This document shows, piece by piece, positions 16,173 through 25,093 of a stretch of DNA of 26,836 nt. The position numbers and the translations under genes were made by a program. Below the pieces are notes generated by a model. The model ran no database searches and was not told the origin of the DNA. It saw nothing but the letters and a program-made list of their open reading frames with translations. Position 1 is the first letter of the stretch, and each line of letters opens with the position of its first letter. Origin of the DNA: Thermostichus sp. DRC_bins_24 (GTDB taxonomy: Bacteria > Cyanobacteriota > Cyanobacteriia > Thermostichales > Thermostichaceae); assembly GCA_039794845.1 (NCBI GenBank), contig JAUQVK010000059.1:1-26836 (forward strand), given 5' to 3'.

Positions 16173-17699
16173 CTACAGCCGCCGAGTTTGGCTTTGTAGG
16201 CGGAACTTGCGATCTCGATCCGAGTCTGGCTCCATCCAGGAATAGACAAAATGGCTCACACACTGCAACTGCGGATGCGCAGCTTCCAATGCTTGCATTT
16301 GAACTTCTAGGCTGGCGTGGCCCCCAAAGGCCTGTCCCCAGGTGCCGGCCAAAATCGGGCAAACAGGAGTTCCGACCGGGGTATTGGCGATCACCTCCCC
16401 CACCTGATCGACCACACAATCAGCGCGATCTTCCCCACAGGTGGCATAGCTCATCGGGTGACGCTCAATCCCTGCTGGAAAGCGATCCCAAGGTTGTAGC
16501 TTGGCATCGTAGGCACCATTTTGAATGCGGTTCCCCCCCGGAAAAAAGACAGCCGCCACAGGGATCCCTTCGGATTGCACAGGGTCTGCCACAGTAGCCA
16601 AAAAGTCGATCACCCCCTGCTGGGCATGGTCTACAGCCTGTTGCCAAAACTGGGCCTGATAGCGACGGGCGCGACGGGCATGGGTGCGAAAGCGATCCAT
16701 CACCGAGGGCAGAGGCTCATCCGCATACTGGCTATCCACCTGGGCAACATCGGCGGCAGATAAGAAACCACTTTGCAAATAGCGATGCATTAACTCCCGT
16801 TCTCGACGGTTGGGCATGCGGTTCAGTAGAGCTGTGCGGCTGGCCTCTGAGTGGATCCAAAGCTCATGGGGGTGACTAACCCATTTGTCGGCTCCCACGG
16901 CAGTTGGGTAGCGAATGTAGTCGAGCAGGATCCCGTCCGGTTGGCGGGCCAAAATGGCGGTGATAGCGGTGATTAGATCCTTTCTGGCCTGGGGATGATA
17001 GGGATCCACGAACAGGTGCTCGGTTTCGTAGGCATCTTCGTAAAAGGCTTGCCCATCGATCAACAGGCTGGGGTCAAAACGGGCTTGGGCAATGCTGGTT
17101 TCCCCGAGGCCGTTGCGGGCCAAAAGAGGGGCACGTTCGCTGCGTTCGCTGTAGCTGTAGCCAAAATTGAGGGCGAACATCCAAGCATGCACCTGAAGTC
17201 CGCGTTCGTGGCCTTTGGCAATCACCTGCGCCAACAAGTCCGTATCCGCAGGCAGAATCCCGGCAGCCACCGCCTCTTGCATCACCGAGCGCCAAGGGGT
17301 AGGGTTATCCGTCTCCGGCAAGAGCACCCGCCCATCGTAAAAGGTTTCGACAAAAACTTGGTTGTAGCCTCGATTTACAATTCGATCCAAAACCTCATCC
17401 AGCACCTCCGGCAGCGCATCGGTATCGTAGAGTCGCAACCACACCGCCTGGGTTTGGGGCCAAGTTTGCGCTCGGCAAGCTTGCAATTGCCGGGCATGGG
17501 ATCCGATCAAGGCCCGATAGCGCTCGGCAGCTTGGGGATCGGTGGGGCCGGCTTCTAGAAGCTGTTGTTTCTCCAGTCGTTCTGCTTCTGGAAAGCCACA
17601 GGTGGGATTCCCCCAAACCGCTTCTGGCAGAGGGCCGGCTACCGCTCGCGCCCCCCAAAGAACCAACCCAACCCCAAGCCAACCCAGGAATTGCCGCAC
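16173..17699 (-). CDS. GHL10/DUF187-like exported protein (second, divergent member)
   Basis: Signal peptide, QAVWLRLY, GYNQVFVETFYDG, GHERGLQVHAW, FVDPYHPQAR and DGILLDYIRYP. GGAGG upstream of the GTG start. Confidence 0.82.
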   Translation of the reverse strand: MRQFLGWLGVGLVLWGARAVAGPLPEAVWGNPTCGFPEAERLEKQQLLEAGPTDPQAAERYRALIGSHARQLQACRAQTWPQTQAVWLRLYDTDALPEVLDEVLDRIVNRGYNQVFVETFYDGRVLLPETDNPTPWRSVMQEAVAAGILPADTDLLAQVIAKGHERGLQVHAWMFALNFGYSYSERSERAPLLARNGLGETSIAQARFDPSLLIDGQAFYEDAYETEHLFVDPYHPQARKDLITAITAILARQPDGILLDYIRYPTAVGADKWVSHPHELWIHSEASRTALLNRMPNRRERELMHRYLQSGFLSAADVAQVDSQYADEPLPSVMDRFRTHARRARRYQAQFWQQAVDHAQQGVIDFLATVADPVQSEGIPVAAVFFPGGNRIQNGAYDAKLQPWDRFPAGIERHPMSYATCGEDRADCVVDQVGEVIANTPVGTPVCPILAGTWGQAFGGHASLEVQMQALEAAHPQLQCVSHFVYSWMEPDSDRDRKFRLQSQTRRL

Positions 17700-17793
17700 T
17701 CCCCACCTCCACCTGCTTGCAACCTTGTCGGAATTACCCCCTCTGGGGCTAGTCTGTTATACCCCATGCGGAATTATGGGGGCTGACAAGGAG

Positions 17794-17828
17794 AACAGGA
17801 CGGAGACAAACAGGACGGAGATAAACAG
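17794..17828 (+). repeat. 15-bp tandem direct repeat, 2 copies plus a partial third
   Basis: AACAGGACGGAGACA / AACAGGACGGAGATA / AACAG. Confidence 0.8.
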
Positions 17829-17902
17829 AGCTGACCCGACACTTTCACATCCGGCATAACCGATATGTGACTATTGCAATCAAGACGATTCTGTTATTTT
17901 CC

Positions 17903-17916
17903 GTAGCGATTGCTAC
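17903..17916. promoter_or_regulatory. NtcA-binding site (GTA-N8-TAC)
   Basis: GTAGCGATTGCTAC matches the consensus perfectly and is nearly palindromic. It lies in an AT-rich intergenic region about 50 nt upstream of the next gene, with a candidate -10 TAGGAT at 17928-17933. Confidence 0.72.
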
Positions 17917-17967
17917 AGAATTTACGTTAGGATTGATCTTGTAGAGGTATTGATGTGGAGCATCCTT

Positions 17968-18357
17968 ATGAACGCAGCCGCCGAAATGACCGGAGTGAAT
18001 CTCCTTGACCGTCATCAACAAAACATCGCTGCCTCTCTGGCCCATCGTTTGGAAGCGGCCAAGGCAGCCAACAACACCCGCTTGGTGGAGTTGCTTGAAC
18101 AAGAACAACGGCAACTGGCTGCCGAATACGGCAGGGGGGATCAGTCTTCTCCGGCGCTGCTCAAAGGGTTGCGCCACGTTTGGGAACGCCTGAAAGAAGT
18201 GTTGACGGCCCGCGATGAACTGCGGGTGCGTCAGTGGGTGGATGGCAACGGCATTGTCTGGTGGTATGCCCAAGACCCGATCACCGGCGACCGTCTCTGC
18301 ACCCATTCCGATTGGGAGCTGATGGACTGGATCGAAAAGCACCACTGGAACGACTAG
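17968..18357 (+). CDS. Hypothetical two-domain protein: PirA-like N-terminal helix pair plus Trp-rich C-terminal domain
   Basis: GGAG before ATG 17968. HQQNIAASLAHRLEAAKAANNTRLVELLEQE is followed by ELRVRQWVDGNG..WWYAQDPITG...S..ELMDWIE. Confidence 0.75.
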   Translation: MNAAAEMTGVNLLDRHQQNIAASLAHRLEAAKAANNTRLVELLEQEQRQLAAEYGRGDQSSPALLKGLRHVWERLKEVLTARDELRVRQWVDGNGIVWWYAQDPITGDRLCTHSDWELMDWIEKHHWND

Positions 18358-19895
18358 TTGTTGCTCAACTCCGGCCAATGCTTAGCCCGGGCCACAGCGG
18401 TTTTCCAGGTGTGAAAGCAGGCTTGGGCTAAGGTGCTGTTCTCATCGGGCTCAAAAATGCGATCCAAGGGCCGTGCTGCTACCAGCGCCGAGTAATCTTC
18501 CCAAAGGCCGACAGCTAGACCCGCAGCAAAAGCAGCCCCTTGGGCCGTTGCATCCAACAGTTGTGGGCGTTCCACCGGGATCCCCAGGACATTCGCCTGC
18601 CATTGCATCAGAAAGTCATTGCGACAGGCGCCTCCATCTACTTTCAGACGTTGCACCGGGGATCCCATATCCTGGGCAACGGCATCCACCACTTCCTTCA
18701 CCTGATAGGCAATCGATTCCAAAACCGCCCGCACCAAGTGCTCCCGGCGGCTCCCGGCGGTGAGACCGAAGAAGGCGCCACGGGCTGACATATCCCAATG
18801 GGGAGCTCCCAAACCACTGAGGGCGGGGACAAAGTAGAGGCCCCCGTTATCGGGCAGTTCCTGGGCGAGGGCGGCCGTTTCGTCGGCGGAGTGAATAATC
18901 TGCAGGCCATCTCGCAGCCATTGAATGCAGGCACCACTGGTGAACATGCTGCCCTCTAGGGCATAGCCGGCCGGTTGTGAGGGGCTGGTCCAGGCCAGGG
19001 TGGAGAGCAAACGGTGTTGGGAACGGGCAATGGCTGAACCCGTATGGGCCACCAGGAAGGAGCCCGTGCCGTAGGTGCATTTCATCAATCCCGGTCGGTC
19101 GCAGCCGTGGGCAAACAGAGCCGCCTGCTGATCCCCGAAAATAGCAGCAATGGGAATGGCGGCCCCCAAAAGTTCGGGGGTGGTATAGCCGACAATGCCT
19201 ACGCTGGGGCGGATCTGTGGCAGCCAGCGCATCGGGATCCCAAACCACTGGCAGAGCTGCGGATCCCATTGGCGGGTATGCAGGTTGTAGAGCAGGGTGC
19301 GGCTGGCATTGCTGTCATCGGTTACGTGAAGGGATCCCCCACTCAGGTTCCAAATTGCCCAACTGTCGATGGTACCCGCCAAAACCCGCTCCCAAGTTTG
19401 AGCGGCGGTCTGAGGGTGGAGATAATCCCGAAGCCAAGCCAGTTTGCTGGCGGAAAAATAGGCATCCAGTACCAGTCCTGTGCGCTCGCTGATCTCCGGT
19501 TCGAGGCCCTGATCTGTAAACTTCTGACACAGGGGAGCGGTGCGCCGATCCTGCCAAACAATGGCGTTGTGGAGAGGCTGGCCCGTGGTCGGATCCCAGA
19601 GCAAGCAGGTTTCTCGCTGCACGGCCAATCCAATCGCGGCCACCTGTTCGGCGCCGATGCCGGCTTCTTGCAAAACGGTGCGCATCGCCCAGAGGGTATC
19701 TTGCCAGATCTGCTGCGGATCGTGCTCTAGCCAGCCCGGCTGTGGATAAATCTGCGGCAGCTCTCGGTAGGCTTGGGCCAGGATCTGCCCATTTTGATCG
19801 AAGAGTAGGGCACGATTGCCGGTGGTGCCCAGATCGAGGGCCATGATGGTGAAGGGCGAACCAACCCCCGGCCCCGAGTGAGTGGAGCTTGTCAT
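18354..19895 (-). CDS. glpK: Glycerol kinase
   Basis: ALDLGTTG, PQPGWLEHDP, QRET, AIVWQDRRT, YFSASK, GTIDSW, TD.SNASRT, GDQQAALF, KCTYGTG, GLGAPHWD and VDGG motifs. Confidence 0.95.
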   Translation of the reverse strand: MTSSTHSGPGVGSPFTIMALDLGTTGNRALLFDQNGQILAQAYRELPQIYPQPGWLEHDPQQIWQDTLWAMRTVLQEAGIGAEQVAAIGLAVQRETCLLWDPTTGQPLHNAIVWQDRRTAPLCQKFTDQGLEPEISERTGLVLDAYFSASKLAWLRDYLHPQTAAQTWERVLAGTIDSWAIWNLSGGSLHVTDDSNASRTLLYNLHTRQWDPQLCQWFGIPMRWLPQIRPSVGIVGYTTPELLGAAIPIAAIFGDQQAALFAHGCDRPGLMKCTYGTGSFLVAHTGSAIARSQHRLLSTLAWTSPSQPAGYALEGSMFTSGACIQWLRDGLQIIHSADETAALAQELPDNGGLYFVPALSGLGAPHWDMSARGAFFGLTAGSRREHLVRAVLESIAYQVKEVVDAVAQDMGSPVQRLKVDGGACRNDFLMQWQANVLGIPVERPQLLDATAQGAAFAAGLAVGLWEDYSALVAARPLDRIFEPDENSTLAQACFHTWKTAVARAKHWPELSNN

Positions 19896-21551
19896 GCCAT
19901 TGGAACCCCCATCGACATACCCTTGTGACCCTGGATCTGGACGGATCCCGGTGCATCGATCCTACGACTTGGTGGTCATTGGCGGTGGCATTAATGGGGC
20001 TGGAGTGGCTCGGGATGCGGCCCTACGAGGGCTGAGTACCCTCCTGTTGGAGAAAGGCGATTTCGCCAGTGGCACCACCAGTTGGTCAACCCGCCTGATT
20101 CACGGGGGCCTGCGCTATTTGGAAACCTTTGAGTTGGCTTTGGTGCGAGAATCTCTGCGAGAGCGAGAAATTTTGCTGCGCACCGCGCCTCATCTGGTTC
20201 GCCCTCTGCAACTGACCCTTCCCATTTATCGACAGGGGCAACGGCCTGCCTGGCAAATTCGGGCGGGTATGACCCTCTACGACCTACTCAGCTTCGACAA
20301 AAGTTTGCCCAACCATCGCATGCTCTCGGCGGCTGCCTTTCGACACCTGTTTCCCCATGTGGATGCAGTAGATCTGCTGGGGGCGGCGCAGTACTACGAC
20401 GGGCAGGTGGTCTATGCCGAGCGTCTTTGTCTGGAAACGGTGCTCTCTGCTCAACAGGCTGGGGCCACCGTTCTCAACTATGCCCAAGTCACCCAGATTG
20501 AGGCCGGCCCCAATGGGATCCACACCCTAGCAGGGGAAGATCGAATCACCGGAGTTCCCTTTCGCCTGACCGGGCTGGAAAATGCGATCGTGGTGAATAC
20601 GACCGGGCCGTGGCTGGATCAACTGCTGGGATCCCTGCGCCCCGGACGAAAGCCCCTGATCGGCGGCACCAAAGGCAGCCATCTTTTGGTCGAGCGGTTT
20701 CCGGGATCTCCCTCTGGCGCCCTCTATGTGGAAGCCAAGAGTGATGGCCGCCCGTTGTTTGTGGTGCCCTGGGGATGGGACAATTCGCTGCTGCTGATCG
20801 GCACCACCGACATTCCTTACAACGGCGATTTGGATGCCGTCAAGGCCACCCCAGAGGAGATCGATTACCTGTTGCAGGAGGTCAACCGGCTGTTTCCCCA
20901 AGCCCACCTCCCCCCCCATCTTTCACCTATGCCGGGGTGCGCCCGCTCCCCTACAGTCAAGGTCTTAAACCCGGCCAGATTACCCGCAGCCACATCCTCA
21001 AGGATCACCGCTCTGAAGGGATCCCCAACTTGATCAGCCTGATTGGGGGCAAACTCACCACCTTCCGACACGTGGGCCAAGAATGTGTGGATCACGTCTT
21101 GCGCAAGCTGGGCAAACCGGTTTCCCCTTCCCCCACCCTGACCCAGCCTTTCCCAGGTGCCATTCACCCTCAGGATCCCCAACTTTCCGAGGCCTTGCGT
21201 ACCTACGCCCCGCTCCTGTCTGCCCACAGTATTCATCACCTCTTCAACCTGTACGGATCCCGGGCTTTGCAAGTACTGGAACTCGTCCTAGCCGAACCTG
21301 CTCTGGCAGAGCCTATTGCCCCCCCTTGGCCGGATATTGCTGCCCAACTGGTCTTTGCCCTGCGTTCAGAAATGGCCCATACCTTGGTAGACCTGCTGTT
21401 GCGACGGACAACAGTGGGTATACAGGCGCACCCTTTCCAAGAGCCGATGCCCCGCACACTGGCGCTTCTGCAGAAGTTTGCCGGCTGGGATGAACATCGC
21501 TGTCAAACGGAAGTCGCCAACTATCGGGCTTATCTGGGATCCCACTGCTAG
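19894..21551 (+). pseudogene. glpD: FAD-dependent glycerol-3-phosphate dehydrogenase, split by a frameshift near 20910-20920
   Basis: The first frame has YDLVVIGGGINGAG, DFASGTTSWSTRLIHGGLRYLE, TKGSH and IGTTD. The second frame continues TYAGVRPL, ITRSH, GGKLTTFR and DLLLRRT. The frame changes at a C8 run. Start uncertain (19894 ATG or 19951 GTG). Confidence 0.88.
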
Positions 21552-21581
21552 GATCGGCTTATCCGGTTGGGAGAGCCTGGG

Positions 21582-21854
21582 ATGGTTTGGCAATTGTTGA
21601 CGTGGCCGGCCCAAAGTTTGCTCTGGTTGGCGGGGCAAATCCAAGAACGCGCTGAAGCCCAACTGGATAACAAAGAAAACCTGCAAAAAGAACTCACAGC
21701 CCTGCAAATCCAGCTGGATCTGGGAGAGATCGACGAAGACACCTACACCCAGCGGGAAGAAGAAATTTTGCTGGCCCTAGAAGCCCTGGCCCAAGCAGAA
21801 CAGGAAGCCACAGCCGAAGATGTGGAGGATGATCAGCCCGAAAGGGATCCCTGA
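21582..21854 (+). CDS. gvpG: Gas vesicle protein GvpG family
   Basis: LLTWP...LLWLA.QIQERAEA.LD..ENLQK.L..LQ..LDLGEI.E..Y..REEEIL matches the GvpG pattern. Acidic tail. GGAG upstream of ATG 21582. Confidence 0.8.
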   Translation: MVWQLLTWPAQSLLWLAGQIQERAEAQLDNKENLQKELTALQIQLDLGEIDEDTYTQREEEILLALEALAQAEQEATAEDVEDDQPERDP

Positions 21855-21934
21855 ATTTTGCAGTGGGGCAGAACGTGGGAGAATGAACTTTTGTTGAACC
21901 CATCCCCTTGCTCACCTACCCTGGGCTAACTTCG

Positions 21935-22519
21935 ATGACCGAATCCCACGAAACCTTGGTGCTCCGCGACGAGCAAGACCAACTTCTCAAGTGCGAGATC
22001 CTGAGGCAGGTTGTAATCGAGGATCAAACCTATGCCCTGGTAACGCCCGTTGATGCCGTGATCAAGGTCTTGGTTTGGGAAGGCGAAGAGGAATCCGGCC
22101 AAGCGGTGAACGGGGATGCTGACATCGAAGGGATCCTGGATGAACCGGAATCGGAAGAGTTACAGGCCGCCCTACCCACCATCCAGGCTGTCTTGGGGGA
22201 GTTGAACCTAACCCTGCAGCAAAATGGCTTTGATATTCTCACGGTTCAGGGTGAGTTGCCGGCTGTTGAAGATGAGGATGTGCTGGAAATCGGCGAAAGC
22301 GACGAGGATGCCCAAGAATTCCGGCTGCTGGCCACGTTCTTCTATAAAGAGCAGAAATATGGCATTTTCACCCCCCTTGATCCAATCTTGATCTACGCGG
22401 CTCTACCGGAGGAAGGGGATCCCTATCTGCTCACCCCGGATAACCCTCCCGAACTCTTCGATCAACTCTATGCTCTGTTACTGGACTTCGATGAAGAAGC
22501 GGAAGACGAGGACGATTGA
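21935..22519 (+). CDS. DUF3727 (DUF1292-associated) acidic protein
   Basis: L.C.I......YAL..PVD, AVLGELNLTL, LTVQGELP and LATF......Y.IFTPLDP. Very acidic. Start placed at ATG 21935. Confidence 0.8.
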   Translation: MTESHETLVLRDEQDQLLKCEILRQVVIEDQTYALVTPVDAVIKVLVWEGEEESGQAVNGDADIEGILDEPESEELQAALPTIQAVLGELNLTLQQNGFDILTVQGELPAVEDEDVLEIGESDEDAQEFRLLATFFYKEQKYGIFTPLDPILIYAALPEEGDPYLLTPDNPPELFDQLYALLLDFDEEAEDEDD

Positions 22520-22649
22520 GCTTGCATCACCTTGGTCAAGCAAGCATGGACGGGTGGTGCAAGGCATTAACCTAGTCGCGCTGTTGTGGAGCGAAGGAGA
22601 CCGTAATGGGTCAAGGGTTTTAGATATGTTGTGAATTGTCTTAACCCAA

Positions 22650-23033
22650 TCACTCGCCACAGTAGACGATCAAGTCAATCTCCACGTTGCCCTGTCCGGC
22701 CAAGCCCAATACGCCTACAGTGGTTCGCCCCGGCAAACGCCCGGCCTGGAAATAAGAGGCGTAAACGGAGTTGACCACCTCGTAATCCCGAAAATCAGTC
22801 AGAAAAATGCGGGCCATCACCACCCGGTCAAACCCCGTGCCCACATGAGCTAAGACACGCCTCAGATTTTCCATCACTCGGCGGGTTTGTTCGGCAATCG
22901 GCCCCAGCACCACCGCCCCCGTTTCTGGATCTTCCGCCAGTTGGCCGGTCACGAAAAGAAAATCCCCGGCTCGCACCGCATGGGAATAGGGCGCTACAGG
23001 GGGCAAATCCGGCAGGGTAATGTAATCCAGCAC
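22650..23033 (-). CDS. RidA/YjgF/UK114 family reactive-intermediate deaminase
   Basis: APYSHAV, LFVTGQL, FLTD..D...VN.VY..YF, P.RT (catalytic Arg) and VEID. GTG start 8 nt after the rpsD stop. Confidence 0.9.
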   Translation of the reverse strand: MLDYITLPDLPPVAPYSHAVRAGDFLFVTGQLAEDPETGAVVLGPIAEQTRRVMENLRRVLAHVGTGFDRVVMARIFLTDFRDYEVVNSVYASYFQAGRLPGRTTVGVLGLAGQGNVEIDLIVYCGE

Positions 23034-23041
23034 GCGGATCC

Positions 23042-23653
23042 CTACAGTTTGCGGGAATAGAACTCCACCACCAGCAGCTCATTCACCGGGGCAGAGATTT
23101 GTTCGCGGGGAGGCAACTCTTTGATGCGACCGCGCAGCTTTTCCTTATCAAACTCCAAGTAGTCCGGCAGAAACAACCCCGGATATTCAGCGTAGGCAGC
23201 CACCAGCTTGCGAGAGGATTCCTTGTTCCTCACCGTCAGCACATCCCCCACTTTGCAGCCATAGCTGGGAATTGTCACCTTGCGACCGTTCACTTCGATA
23301 TGGCCATGGTTAACCACCTGCCGTGCTGCTGGGATGGTCGGAGCCATACCCAGACGAAAAACGATGCAATCCAGGCGCATTTCCAACATCTGCAACAGGG
23401 CCAACCCGGTGGATCCCTTGGAACGGCGGGCCTTGCGCATGTAACGGATCATCTGCCGTTCGCTGACGCCATAGTTGAAGCGCACCTTTTGCTTCTCTTC
23501 CAATCGGATGGCATATTCCGACTTCTTCTTGCGATCGGCTCCATGGGGCCCTGGGGGGTTGTTGTTTTTGGGGCGTTTGCGGGTTAGGCCGGGCAGATCA
23601 AGTCCCCCGAAGCGACGAATGATTTTTAAGCGAGGGCCTGTGTAGCGAGACAT
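23042..23653 (-). CDS. rpsD: 30S ribosomal protein S4
   Basis: [42 protein letters not shown] and [10 protein letters not shown]. Start at ATG 23653. Confidence 0.97.
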   Translation of the reverse strand: MSRYTGPRLKIIRRFGGLDLPGLTRKRPKNNNPPGPHGADRKKKSEYAIRLEEKQKVRFNYGVSERQMIRYMRKARRSKGSTGLALLQMLEMRLDCIVFRLGMAPTIPAARQVVNHGHIEVNGRKVTIPSYGCKVGDVLTVRNKESSRKLVAAYAEYPGLFLPDYLEFDKEKLRGRIKELPPREQISAPVNELLVVEFYSRKL

Positions 23654-23833
23654 GCGGGGGATTCTCCAAAATCTGCAGAGAGCGCTCGACAAGAGAGCGC
23701 AGGTGCGTAAGTCATAAAGAATTGGCGATCTACTATGTTAAGCGCTCACCCCCTCTTTTAGGCAAGTGCGCCAAATCCTTTTTGGTCAAGGTGTGGGAGA
23801 CTCGCCCTCAAGTTCATTCGGCTCATGCTGAAC

Positions 23834-24970
23834 TCAATCGTAGTGAGCTCCAGCCTGGGTGCGGATGAAGGCGCGATCTTCGCTGAGCAGGCCATTGAGG
23901 GTGCGGCGTTCCCCCAGAATCGGATCCGGATCCAGGCCCATTGCCTCCAAATCTGCCAGTACCATCAGCTCTACCAATTCCGGGAAACTCACCTTCGGCG
24001 CCCATCCCAACACCTGTTTGGCTTTGCTGGGATCCCCCAAGAGCAAATCGACCTCTGTGGGTCGGTAATAGCGGGGATCGATCTCGATTAAGACTTGATC
24101 TTTGAACAGCCCCTGCTCCTGATCGCCGGATCCCTGCCAGGTGATCGGCAGACCGACCAGCCCGAAGGCCCGCTCTACAAATTCCCGCACGGTGTGGGTT
24201 TCGCCTGTCGCTAACACAAAATCATCCGCCTCCGGCTGCTGCAACATCATCCACATGCCTTCCACGTAATCTTTGGCGTAGCCCCAGTCTCGTTTGGCAT
24301 CGAGGTTACCCAGGTACAGTTTGTTCTGCTTACCGGCGACAATGCGGCTGACGGCGCGGGTGATCTTGCGGGTGACGAAGGTTTCTCCCCGCCGCGGGCT
24401 TTCGTGGTTAAACAAAATGCCGTTGCAGGCGAAGAGGTTGTAGGCTTCGCGGTAGTTCACCGTCTGCCAGTAGCCGTACACCTTGGCACAGGCGTAGGGG
24501 CTGCGGGGGTAGAAGGGCGTGGTTTCTTTTTGAGGCACCTCTTGCACCAGGCCAAACATCTCCGATGAGCCCGCCTGGTAAAACTTCACCGGGATCCCCG
24601 TCCGTTGCTGATAGTCCCGAATGGCTTCGAGGAGGCGCAGGGTGCCCATTCCCACTGAATCGACGGTGTATTCTGGGGCATCGAAGCTAACCCGCACGTG
24701 AGATTGCGCCCCCAGGTTATACACTTCCGTCGGCTGCACCTGTTCCAGGATCTTGCGCAGGGTGGTGCCATCGGTGAGATCCCCATAGTGCAGAAAGAGC
24801 TTGGCCCTTGGGTCGTGGGAATCCACATACATGTGGTCGATGCGGTCGGTATTGAAGGTGCTCGCCCGACGAATGATGCCGTGAACTTCGTAGCCTTTTT
24901 TCAGCAACAGTTCGGCCAGATAAGAGCCGTCCTGTCCGGTAATCCCGGTAATAAGGGCACATGGGGTCAT
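23834..24970 (-). CDS. gmd: GDP-mannose 4,6-dehydratase
   Basis: [58 protein letters not shown] and RDWG. Start placed at ATG 24970. Confidence 0.96.
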   Translation of the reverse strand: MTPCALITGITGQDGSYLAELLLKKGYEVHGIIRRASTFNTDRIDHMYVDSHDPRAKLFLHYGDLTDGTTLRKILEQVQPTEVYNLGAQSHVRVSFDAPEYTVDSVGMGTLRLLEAIRDYQQRTGIPVKFYQAGSSEMFGLVQEVPQKETTPFYPRSPYACAKVYGYWQTVNYREAYNLFACNGILFNHESPRRGETFVTRKITRAVSRIVAGKQNKLYLGNLDAKRDWGYAKDYVEGMWMMLQQPEADDFVLATGETHTVREFVERAFGLVGLPITWQGSGDQEQGLFKDQVLIEIDPRYYRPTEVDLLLGDPSKAKQVLGWAPKVSFPELVELMVLADLEAMGLDPDPILGERRTLNGLLSEDRAFIRTQAGAHYD

Positions 24971-25093
24971 AGGGTTAGGGGTCAAAGACTAAAGTGACTC
25001 AAGTTCAGGTGCAAAGCTCAAACATTATAGTTCAGCCCCATTCAAGACCCAACAGTAACATCTCCAGAGCTGCAGCTGTACCCGTCCCTATCC

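Noticed and set aside
17794..17828. 15-bp repeat as a mini-CRISPR
   Set aside because: The units are adjacent, have no spacers and are too short.
17845..17880. CRP/SyCRP1 site (TCACA at 17845, TGTGA at 17866)
   Set aside because: The half-sites are in the wrong order and spacing for TGTGA-N6-TCACA.
17860..17967. Glutamine riboswitch upstream of the PirA-like gene
   Set aside because: I could not find the conserved glnA-motif elements (CGTT...CGGAAGTA...GAAGGAACG), and the predicted 5' UTR is too short.
20920..21033. C-terminal tail of the 383-aa glpD ORF as real protein, or a two-gene glpD
   Set aside because: The conserved motifs continue in the other frame from about 20922, and that frame has no convincing start of its own. 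This is one interrupted gene.
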